Assembly (NCBI GenBank): GCA_002269645.1
Contig: NIVC01000486.1
Coordinates: 1-64,000, forward strand
Direction of reading: 5' to 3'
DNA: 64,000 nt
Source: Macrostomum lignano
Lineage: Eukaryota
Shown: positions 35,330-47,090 of the stretch, in pieces
Position numbering within the stretch: position 1 is the first letter of the stretch
How the letters are laid out: each line of letters begins with the position of its first letter
Notes under the pieces: generated by a model
What the model was told of the DNA's origin: nothing
The model's input: only the letters and a program-made list of their open reading frames with translations
Databases searched by the model: none
Program-made: the position numbers and the translations under genes

Positions 35330-36413
35330 AGTGCAAAGTAAGGCTTTTTCGTTTCAAGGGTATTAGTGAGTTATTTAATTCTCGGCTCATAGTCAGCAGG
35401 GGCTGGCCACAATTTATGCAAAACTTGCCGAATGAAATCTCTTATCACAAGGGCGGTTTTCCGTCGAACCGACCAACACGAAAAAGCAGTCTGCCAGATG
35501 CTGCTTTCCCTGAAAGCACGAGGACGCCACTACCGGTTACGGTTGCAATTATTTTATATATGGAGCTCAATAAATAACTCAACCAACTCAACCAAGCTCA
35601 AGGTCCAAATTTATCTGTACGTCGCCCACGCTCCCATGCGTTGCGTTAATGCTTCGATTTCTGCCAGTATCAGTTGCCGAGTCTTTCTCCCTGCGGAAGC
35701 CTGGGGAGTTGCGGCGCAGATCCGGGTGCAGTTTAGATCGGTTTCATAGGCTTTATTGATCCAATATACTGAGAATAATGAAGGAACATTATTAGCAAGT
35801 TAGAGGCCAAAGCACCACAGTCCAGTCTGGGTGAACCCGACGCCAGCTGCTCAACTGTTTGGAGAAATAAGCGGACACGGTTTCATTTTTCCATAACAGG
35901 TGTCCAATAGGAGGAATGGGATGGCCATCTGCCCGATGTGAACTGCTGGCCAACGGCAGATGCAAGGACAAGGACCACTAGAAGTTACCGTTGTATCAGG
36001 ACGCAACACTCGTAAATATTGTAAAATTATTTGAAGGCCCGCTTGTTTACGTGTATTTATCGGTACTTGCCTTCAAAAAAGTGTTCTACTCGACTGTTTT
36101 AAAGAAGCATGCACTACATTGAGCCTCAGAAGCTCCATAAATAGGTGTATTTATACTTTATTTAGGCTTTAATCTGTAAAATCTAGATATTTTAGATACA
36201 ACGGTAACTTCTAGTGGTCCTTGGGCAGATGCTTGAGGTAGGCAGCCTTGCAGTCGAGATCCTGGCACACTGTGGGCACCTGTACATCCTTGCTGATCAT
36301 CTTCAGTAGCGAAGTTCCTGCTCTATTAGAAGAGCAAAACAACCAAAAAATAGTGGACAGGTAAGGCTTGTGACAGTTGCTAGTTGCAGACAGACAGATA
36401 GAAAGACCTGTCT

Positions 36414-36626
<213 letters not shown>

Positions 36627-38287
36627 GGTTGTCATGCGACTCACAGCCATTAAGCCTTAACATATCAACTCCCCCCTTGACATCTCAGCGATGCCTCCAT
36701 AAGTCTTGAAATCTTAAAAAATCTGTCTACTTTCTAACCCTAGCCTAACCCTAACCCTAACCCTAACCCTAAAGCATTGACATTTCAGTAATTCTCTCCA
36801 AAAGTCATTATAGCACATTATAGCATCATTACAGCATTATAGCGATTCCCTGCAAGCCTCGACATCGTAGGGATTCCCAAATGAATCTCTTAACTTCGAC
36901 ATGAAGCTTCTTTTATTTTTTACATTACGCTTTTTCTATCAGCGATCCCTCCAGTGAGGAGCCAACAAATAATGTAATAAAAAGTTTTCAATAAACTACA
37001 TGTAGCTTCTGACTTTAGCCTTGACATCTCAGCTATTCCCCCGTAAGCCTTGACATGTCAGCGATGCCCCCCATAAACCTTGAAATCTAAAAAATCCCCT
37101 GTTAACCTTGAAACCCGCTAAAATCTAACCCTCAACCCAAACCTGACCTAAACCTAACTCTAACCCAACCTAAAGCCTTGAAATCTCAGCAATTCTTCTC
37201 CCCTAAGCCTTGACATTTTAGTGATTCCTTCTTTAAGAATCACAGCACTATAACGATTCCCTCCAAGCCTTGACATCGTAGCAATTCCCAAAATGAATCT
37301 TTTAACTTCGACATTACTTTTATTTTATGTATACATAGTGCTTTTTTTCTTTTTTACATGACTCTTCTTCTATCTAGCACTGGGCAACCCGCCCTTTTTT
37401 ACCTTGCAAAACGCTTTATCCAACAACCACCTTGTTTAACTGGCAAAACGACCTTTCTGTCCAAAAAAGGTAGTTTCCAAAAAAAGTTGTCCAAAAAAAG
37501 TCTGTCTGTTAATTCAAAAAAATAGTTCGATAAAACAAATTCAGTCAAACAAAATACTTCGATTAAAACAAACTCACGTATTAAAACAACAAAACATGTT
37601 TCTAGCATTTGGCGGGAATTAAATTTAGGCATAAAATTAATAATTTTCTATCACCCTTACATACATATATGTACTTGAATTAGCTAGGTAGATAAGAAAT
37701 GTAAGAATTTTATTATGTTTAAAATAAAAATATGATTAACTTTGCATTCGCAGTCCATTTGCGCATATTTGTTTATACTCACAAAATCGCTGCTTTCACG
37801 TATGTTTTAAAAATAAAACGGAATGAAGTCGAGCAGTACTATGAGAGCATTTAAACAAAAATCAAACCCTTTTCTATGATTTTAACAGCGTTGAAAAAAG
37901 TTAATTATTGGAAAAAGCTGCCTAATAATTCAAATAACAATTTAGCCAGATTAATTTTGTTTAAATTACAACAGAAATTCTACACGATTTTAATAAGCCA
38001 TTAGCTACATTCATGTAATATTAAAATTAATATAAATTATTAATAATCTGTTCTCTTTTCTCTCCTCTCCTCTGACTTCTCTCCTCTCCCTTCGCTCCTC
38101 TCATCTCCTCTCTTCACTCTCCTCTCCTATTTCGTCTTGCGTTGCCCAGTAAAAAAGTTTGCCAACCCCTGACTTCAACTAAAAAAACGGTTTTCTCCCT
38201 GAGCACGTCACAAATTGAGTCACAAAAATACCATACATGTACCGCATACTTCTGAACTTTATGCATAAGTTTTCAGCATATTACAAG

Positions 38288-40732
38288 GGGTGCACGACAA
38301 TTAACTGCCACAATTTGACTGCCACAATTTGACTGCGGTCAATTTGACTGCGGACAATTTGACTGCCGAGCAATTTGACTGCCAACAAAATGACTGCGGA
38401 CAAAATGACTGCCAACAATTTGACTGCCGACAAAATGACTGCCAACAAAATGACTGCGGACAAAATGACTGCCGACAATTTGACTGCCGACAAAATGACT
38501 GCCAACAAAATGACTGCCGACAAAATGACTGCGGCAATTTGACTGCCGACAATATGACTGCGGCAATTTGACTGCCAGCAAAATGACTGCGGACAAAATG
38601 ACTGCCGGGCAATTTGACTGCCAGCAAAATGACTGCCGGAAAAATGATGCTCCTAAAGTTAAACACTCTGTCACCCCTTTTAAGTCCATGCATGTAGTGA
38701 AATATTGCATTTAGAATGATGCAGAACAGAATACATAACCTTTATAATACAACAAGCTGTTGAAACCCGCGGATTTTGAACCCGGGGAATTCCAATCCCA
38801 GGAACTATTTTGCATATATTCTAAAATCTGAGGTTAAACTCGCACAAAAACTTTTATTAGTTAGGATAGAGTTAGACATAACAAAGAGTGTATTCGTGTA
38901 AAACTCGGTGATCTTGAAAATTCTTAAATTTATGCATACAGTACGAGCGTATTATTGAAATCACCCATTTAAATAATAGGTGTAAGGTGTATAGTGTAAC
39001 GTTATATATTATGGTAATTTATAAGGGGTATCCCTTAGCTGCACCATGGCGTTACTAAATCCAAGCGTTACTAAATTCAAGCGTTACTAAATTCACGGTT
39101 GCTAAATTTCGGTTACTATAAATTCAAGGGCACCCACGTCCCACAAACTTGGCTTTTGAAGCCGGGATTGGCAGACTATAACCTCAAAGGCCAGATACGA
39201 GTAAAGAATCCTGCTTATGGCTGTGGGCCAGATGAGAGTGGAAAGGAGAATGAAAAGACTATTAGAAGAGAGGAGAGGCGAGAGGGGGTAAGAAAAAAAG
39301 ATAAAAGATAAGATGGGTGAGGAGAGAGCAGAGACAAGTGAGAGGAGGGGAGAGAAGAGGGAGAGGAAAGAGTAGAGGTGAGAAGAGGGAGAGACAAGAG
39401 GGGAGAAATGAGACAGGATCGATGAGAGAGGATCAAGGAAAGAGATTAGAAAGAGATTAGAAAGGATAGAGAAGAGAGGAGATAAGAGGGGGGAGAAAGA
39501 TGAGTGAAAAAGAGGAGATAGAGATAAGAGAGAGAGTTGAGAAAGAAGACAGGAGAAAGGAGAGATGATAGAGTAAAGGGAAGAGAAGAGCGGAAAGAGA
39601 TGAGATTGTAGAGATGAGAGATGGAAGGAGAGATGAGAGAGTAGAGATGAGAGAGATGAAAGAAGAAATGAGAGAGTAGAGATGAGAGATGAAGGAGAGA
39701 GCAGAGTGCAGAGAGACGATAGAAGAGAGTATAGGGAGAGAGTATAGAAGAGGGAAAAGAAGAGAATTAAGGAAAAAGAGGAGTCATAAGAGGGGTAAGA
39801 AAATTTTTTTTACAGAGGATTACAGAGGAGAGAGGTGAGAGAACATACGAGTATAAGAGAGTAAAGATGACAGATAAGAGAGGGGAGATGAGAGAGCAGA
39901 GACGATGAGAGAGAGGAGACGAGAGACGAAAGAGAAGTGAGAAAACAGAAGAGAAAAAAAACAGAAGAGAAAATAGAAGTTTCAAATGATGCAAGGGGCA
40001 TAGGGAGAGGCAGAGGTAGAGGCCAGAGTTTTCCTGACATTCTGTGTGGCACCCCAGCCAACAATATCAGTTTTCCTCAAATCCGAATTTTACACGAATG
40101 CACTGTATTTTGTGTTTAACTCTATCCTAACTAATAAAAGTTTTTGTGCGAGTTTAACCTCAGATTTTAGAATATATGCAAAATAGTTCCTGGGATTGGA
40201 ATTCCCCGGGTTCAAAATCCGCGGGTTTCAACAGCTTGTTGTATTATAAAGGTTATGTATTCTGTTCTGCATCATTCTAAATGCAATATTTCACTACATG
40301 CATGGACTTAAAAGGGGTGACAGAGTGTTTAACTTTAGGAGCATCATTTTTCCGGCAGTCATTTTGCTGGCAGTCAAATTGCCCGGCAGTCATTTTGTCC
40401 GCAGTCATTTTGCTGGCAGTCAAATTGCCGCAGTCATATTGTCGGCAGTCAAATTGCCGCAGTCATTTTGTCGGCAGTCATTTTGTTGGCAGTCATTTTG
40501 TCGGCAGTCAAATTGTCGGCAGTCATTTTGTCCGCAGTCATTTTGTCGGCAGTCATTTTGTCGGCAGTCAAATTGTTGGCAGTCATTTTGTCCGCAGTCA
40601 TTTTGTTGGCAGTCAAATTGCTCGGCAGTCAAATTGTCCGCAGTCAAATTGACCGCAGTCAAATTGACCGCAGTCAAATTGACCGCAGTCAAATGTGGCA
40701 GTCAAATTGTGGCAGTCAATTGTCGTAGACCC
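38288..40732. mobile_element. Foldback/MULE-like non-autonomous DNA transposon with ~590-bp modular TIRs
   Basis: Arms ~38288-38875 and ~40117-40732 are reverse complements. The outer ~350 bp are built of ~14-15-bp subrepeats (caaaatgactgccg/caatttgactgc). Termini are GGGTGCACGACAATT and GGGTCTACGACAATT, with a perfect 9-bp TSD TATTACAAG (38279-38287 and 40733-40741). The interior is non-coding and GA-rich. Confidence 0.92.
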
Positions 40733-41021
40733 TATTACAAGGCCGTAGTTTTCTAGAACTAATACATAACAAATATTATACGGTAGTGAATTCATTAAAA
40801 TAAGAATATACCGATTAATCCAACGTTCGTACTGTATACGCATAGGCAACTGAAGTAGGATAAGGGGATGGTCATGGGGTGTCACCATAGGCACACATGT
40901 CACCACTAAGAGCGTCCTTCTACTTCAGTTGCCCATGACTGTATAGGTACATATACCATACTTATTAAAACAAAAGTTCGTAAGCAAATAAATTATTCAA
41001 TAAAAGGTTGCAGTGAATCTG

Positions 41022-44000
41022 CTACGGGTTCATTCGCGCCATCAGTCTGGCGCGCAAGCTTGGCAGGAAGTAAGCAAGGCCAACAGCCAGTGCTCCACTC
41101 CAGCGGCGCCGCCAATAATGGGGGCACTGACCGGGGCAGTGTGAATGACGGCTCCAACAATGATTACCCCAATCATTGGAATCAAAGTGCGACACAAGAT
41201 GTCACGTCTTCTGCCGAGGAACTCCTGCTGAGGCATATTGAATTTCGCTTTACGATGCAGCAAAAGCAGATGTGATGCAAGTCCCACAACGCCAATTAAA
41301 AGCACCGAGCCGCACTCTGCAATTAGGGAACCGGCAACGGTGGTGATCGAAGCTTCCCTCTGCATCAAGGTGTAGACTAATCGTAGGATTCGAACTGCAG
41401 CAGTAGCAATGGTTTGCACCGCGTTGGGCAAAAAGTGGCTAAAACGCCAGGCTAGATTATTCAACTGAGTACTGCTCACCCGGCCATAAATTAAATAGTT
41501 GACAAAGTGTTCGCAGTTGTTAAACAGTAAACTGTAACTCCTACTGCCACACAGTTGATTGAATTTGGCGTCGATCTGGTTCCAGTCTAAATCGGAGTTG
41601 TGCACGACCTTCTGGATTTGATTGTCTGCAACTCGAAGAAATCCTTGAAGCTTGACGACTCCCATGGCTCCAGGACCTTGCGGCAATGCGTACGTGACCC
41701 CAACGCCGGAACAAGTGGCAGCATCCCACTCTGTTAAAATGAAATCAACCTCAGAAACTACTCCGTTGACCATCCGATTTAGAATAATGTGATTGTATTG
41801 CCTGAGACTGCGTCTATCAACTCTGTCTTAGAGTTCAACTTTTCTATTCATTTCCAAAACTTCCAGTGATTTTTCTTTGGTCAGTTTCTTCATTTTGACC
41901 TGAATTTCGGCGAGTTCAGTACCGAACAGGCTTTGAATGCCGCACATCCGACCGGCATCAGGATTATTTCTCAGCCAGAAGCAAAAGTCCCGACTGCAAA
42001 CCTTGCTGCCAAACTTCTTGGCCTTCGCAGTCCATCCCTTCCTGTCGTCGTCGGCATTCAAAAATGTGCAGTCCGTCAGCTCCTCCAGAATAGCAAAACC
42101 AGCGGCTTCTTCAACGCCATTATAGTTGACGCGTCGAATCGAGCTCTCACCCGGGCCAATGACGAGCTTTTCAAATCGCACCCGTTTCTGGTCGTGATTA
42201 TTTTCGTACAACTCGACACGAACAATATCGCTGCAGCCATCTACTGCAGAGCAGCTGCGCATAATTGCTTCGTGCTTGTAAAAGCAAGGTGACTTGTAGA
42301 ACTTTATGTGGCCTCTCTCGAACTCAACAAGGTCTTGCACTGAGTGTACGAGAACTGCGCACTGCTCCCTGTTGCTACTATGCTTGATGCTGCACCAGCG
42401 AGCAAAGTCGCGACTGCTGTTCCACTGGAAGTTGTGCTGCTTCTCTTTGAGTCGGTCGTTGGCTCTTTTAGTCACCTCTTCTGGGGTGAGAACGCAGCCT
42501 TCCAGTACGTTGTACTTAATCGTGTAAATTTTCTGCTTCTTTAAGTCTACTGATAAAGTTTGCCTCTCAATCTGACCTCTCCACGAATCTCTGTAAAAAA
42601 TGAGATCGATTGTAGCGCAGTGGGGATTGTTCGTATCCGGTCGCACCGGGTTGCCGACCACCACTGCGTGCTGGTACAGAGAATACCAATTGTCTCTCCA
42701 AGAAATGACCGAACCAGCTGAAATGCTTTGCATATCATATACTTCTTCAGCTATATGTGCTGGTGACTGGCTACCACCGCCATACAACTGGCAGTTCAAG
42801 CTGGTATCATTGTGTACGCACAGCTTGGCGTCCTTCTCTTCAGCATCAATGATGTACTTTAGTTGTGACACGCACAAATTTTGTTTTTGAGAGCCGTAAT
42901 GGAGCGTTTTAATGCTGAATTGTCCGGATGACCGACCGCTGCCGGTACTGATGCCCGCAACAACCCGATAGACACCATTTATGTGTAAGATGTCGCCAAC
43001 TCTTAGGTCATCACAAGCCACGGGCAACTCACGGTCATGATTGGGAGTAACACTCTCAAACAATACGAGCCGATTGCTTTGCACTTCATTTTGAGTCAGT
43101 GCATCCCAAATGCTGTCTTTCCAATCATCAAATCTTCTATCGCTGTTCGTCACCAGGCGACAAATTTTGAATGAACTTTCACTGTGGTTCAAGGCCAGAT
43201 TTTCTATGAACTCAATGCGTCGGGTTAATTCCGCTTCACTGATGACACGAGACTGATATTGAATGACTCGAGTCACTGGCTTGTCCATTTTGAGCACTAG
43301 TTCACTTGTGTGAACGTAATGCAATTCATTGGGCTTGATTACTTGCAATTCGAGCAAAAGTTTTCGCCCATTATTCAGTTTAGTTACTTTGGTCACTTCT
43401 CCGTGAAGTCTGTTTTTTAGACAGCAGTTAAATTCAAGATGATCACCTTCTTTAATTTCGTGAGTATGAAAGCCATCTAGAAATATGGGCACCGAATTGT
43501 CAGCTCTGTGGCTGATGGACTTGGTCTTACACCACACGACAAACAGAGTGCCACAGTTAGCAATCAGAGAGTATTCCTGCTCGTTGAGGCGGCTTCGAGC
43601 TCTTTCAACCACAACATCGGGCTCGTGGCACCAGAGATCCGAGAAGTGACAGAGAAAGCAGTTCGGATGCACTTGTTTAGTTCCCTGTCTGTCATATTTG
43701 AAAACAAAGTCCTCTCTGATCACAGTTTTAGCGTCAAGCCACGATTTCAATCCGTAATGAATAGCAGTGACAATGTATTTTTCATTTTCACGCGCCAGTT
43801 TTTCCACGATAACCCTGTGCCACTTGCCAGTGTACCACAGGCGCATGACGTCACCTTTCTTTAGCTGTTGAAGCAACTGGAGGGTTACCGGTTCCTCTGA
43901 GTAGATGCCTGCGAGATTTACCGGAGATGATTCTTCTAAGTCTAAAGGACAATCAGCTGTGTTGTCATTGTGCACGCACAGTGTTGTTTCCGTCTCTTTC

Positions 44001-44824
44001 TTTCTTATCAGATACTTTAGCGTGCAAGTCTTGCGATTTTCGTGGTCGACTTCACTGTAGTTGACTAATCCAACACTGACTTCATCCGCGTCGCGAACTA
44101 CACGGCAGACTACTCTGTAGGCATCGTCAACAAAAATGATGTCGCCTCTATGAAGATTTTTCACTTTCACCCTCTGGGTCAATGGTCGAATCGGTCTACT
44201 CTGATTCGTCATCTGTGCGGCTTGCTGCCTCCAGTCCTGCCCGTGGCGACTCGCGTCGGTGAGAAGTAGGCAAAACTGCAGAGTCAAAATGCGCCTCGGA
44301 TACGCGAGGCCGCGCATCAAGTCGATCCTGTGGAGAAATTCCTCAGTCTCCACGCACTTCGATACCGATTTCACTACTGGAACGCGCTCTTTCGATTCTT
44401 TCGATTGTCGAAATTTCCGCTCAGAAATGTTCACAAAGGAAATTCGATCCTTCATCAAGTCCTGCGTGGAAACACTCAACGATAGTAAATAAATGTCCTC
44501 GCACATCTCTTGGCTACTTCGTACGACTGCATGAATTGATCCAGAGTCGTGTTTAAGACTCAAATGATCTCCAGCTTTCACTTGGTGGGTTTCAAAATTC
44601 CCAGGCAAATAAATTGGCACGGTACAATGTTTTCTGTGAGATTGGTCCTTGGTCTTGCACCAAAGTACGAAACCTGAATCACCAAACCATTTGATTTTCT
44701 CGTTCAAGCAACTTTGGGCTCTCCTGACGACTTCGTCGAGAGGACTGCAGTACGATTTTGGAAAGTGTCGAAGTTGGCAACTGGGTTTCAGATGTTTTGA
44801 TCTTCTAGAATTTATAATATTCAC
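41022..44824 (-). CDS. Multi-repeat LRAT/NlpC-P60-like (permuted papain fold) protein with C-terminal transmembrane segments; interrupted by one in-frame TAA at 41828-41830
   Basis: Repeated LRAT-like motifs: GDH/GDV/GDI strands, VVERARSRLNEQEYSLIANCGTLFVVWCKT, EEVTKRANDRLKEKQHNFQWNSSRDFARWC, and a final SYSLLFNNCEHFVNY. ORF 41042-41773 is in the same frame as 41828-44824. Adding 1 nt at 41095 gives a hydrophobic end GVGALAVGLAYFLPSL..MNP* (stop 41022-41024). The 5' end is unresolved. Confidence 0.75.
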
Positions 44825-45469
44825 TTCTAATATATCTTTGCTTACTCGTCTCTCAATTTGGCCGGAAAAACGGGCGGAAAAATGGCTTGGTATTCCTACT
44901 GTTAATAGGGTACCCCGGTGTTATTCGTCACCAACCGGGTGTACCCATTTTTCATCCCATATAAGTTTTCTCTCTTCCACGGGACACAAGCTTTCCTCCC
45001 GGTGTCCCGTGAGAGCATATTTAAGAGTCTGCATCCCGCTCCCTCCAACGAGACTCTCGACTTGGATTCACCCTTCCCGGACTCCCAGTTCCAGACTTCG
45101 AGTAGTGGACCCTACGTGTAAGCCCGGTACTCCAGACCCGGCCATATCATGCAGCTCCTCTCCCAAACAATCTGATAATGAATTATCGATTTAATTAGAT
45201 ACGCCTCTAGAGTACGAACCGATTATCAGCTGTTTAGAGACGACAGTGTCCCTGTTCGACGAGATGTCTCTTCATTGCTTTTCTCCTGTTAAACATATAT
45301 ATCCTGATTTCGTGGATTAACAAAGACACGATTTTTAACAACTTCATAGATTTAAGAAGTTACCCTCTCTACGGATCGGCGTGTAAAAATATTCATCCCC
45401 AAACCAGACTGAAGGATCGGAGTCTTCAAGAGGAGTCTTCAAATGTAAGAGGATTGTTGGCTCACTGTA

Positions 45470-45955
45470 CGCAACAACAACAACAAACAACAAAATACGC
45501 TGTCAGGGTGGCAAAAGTCAGCGTCACAGGGAGCGCTTCATGGCTTGGGCGCCAACAAAGGTCGCGCCACCGGCAGTGTCCGGGGCGCCGGCGTCAGCCA
45601 GCAGACAGTCGACGTAACGCCGAGTTTGCGCTTGACCTCGCCGGTAGGGTGCCTGCAGCGTGAGCAGCAGCACCTCCTGCACCGGCTGTGGGCAGTACGA
45701 CTCGGCGCGGATGAAATGGCCTGCGAGCTGGAGTCGCCGACGGCGCAGTAGATCGCTTGGACGTGGCAGGCCAGCGCGGCGATAGAGTGCCGCGTTGGTG
45801 ACTCGCTCGACGCCGATGTTGAAGGCGGCGCGCAGCAGGCCAGCGTGCGCCGCATCGACTTGCTGTTCGAGTGAGTCCGTCAGCGTCCAGGTCTCGGCGT
45901 TGTAGAGCAGGACGGTCTCGATTACCGCCTGGAACAGTGCCGCCCTCTGGCGCAG
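45470..45955 (-). mobile_element. 5'-truncated non-LTR retrotransposon (RTE-like) 3' end
   Basis: VLLYNAETWTLT..LEQQVDAAHAGLLR..VTNAALY..RRRRLQLAGH is a post-RT C-terminal region typical of RTE-clade LINEs, followed by a (ttg)n tail at ~45474-45497. Confidence 0.85.
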
Positions 45956-47090
45956 GCACGCAATCATACACACGCTTATACGGGGTGTACAGCAGCTTTG
46001 ACTTTCTTTCTAATCGTCAGACATGTGCACTCTCTGTGCCTTGGGGGTTGGCCCTCACTGGTGTGAATCGCAAGAGAACCTCTCGACCAATTTTTTGGTT
46101 CGTTCAAGGAATCAAACCGGAGGGTCGTGGCGCATTTACTGTACCCCACTCGGCTGCCTATTCCCAAAGCAGCTCCATTCTCCGCTACATCGCGTCGTCA
46201 TTTAATGAGCCGCTTGTTGTTTTGCGACGTCGGGACAATGATCTACCCTCGACTAATTTTCTTTTACCGATCGTCTTCGGCTTGGTGAGCAGTGACGTTT
46301 TTTAAGCGATCTTTGTGTTCAGGACTATACAGTGTTGTTTGCGCCTGTTCCAACAGGATCATTTTTGACGAGATCTAAACAAACAACACCTGCCACTTGG
46401 ACCTTTTAAGAGTCGTGGGAGAGCCAGCCAGATGCAAAAATAGCAACAGAAAACCGAGAAATTACTGCAGCAGAGCAGCACAGAGCTGTGTCGGCGTCTC
46501 TACTGTAGTTTCTATCGCGTTTGCTCAAGAGGCAGTGACGAATCTCACTTGATAATGTAGAGAGTAGAGACTGCAGCTCTGCATGCTAAGAAAAAAGATG
46601 CCAAAGTGAGGTTAAACATGGTTAGAACTGTGTCGAGTGCTTGCAGAGCGTCAGAACTGGAGTGTCTGCAAAATAGAAAAATCTGCAGCATTATGGCCTG
46701 GCCTGACAATACTGTATATTTAGCAACACATCTCAGGCCCCCACCTTTTTTCAAACTGGACTTCCATTTTTGTCATTCTTTTCTTCTCTAGGGGCAGACT
46801 ATAGATTAAACTATTGTCTTCAATACCCCAAAAAACTTTAAGCTTTCTCGCACGGCACGCAGAGCCAAAGGACAGGCAGAATGTGGGTGGGAACGGGCTG
46901 GATCTCAGAGCAGCCACTAACCGCTCGCAGCAGCACCAGGCTTTACCAATTAAAAGGCCCGATGTTCTCGGCTGTGCAACGCCATACAGACGGGAGCGCT
47001 GAGTCTATTGTTATATGAAACTGCAATACGAACTGTGCAGCTGTAAGAATAGCAAAGAAAGCCTGCTGAGAGCGACAACTTTCGGAGGAA

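Noticed and set aside
36737-37170. (CCCTAA)n runs as a telomere or fusion relic (also ~31495-31515)
   Set aside because: There are only a few units, embedded in a degenerate duplicated repeat (36650-37320), which is insufficient evidence.
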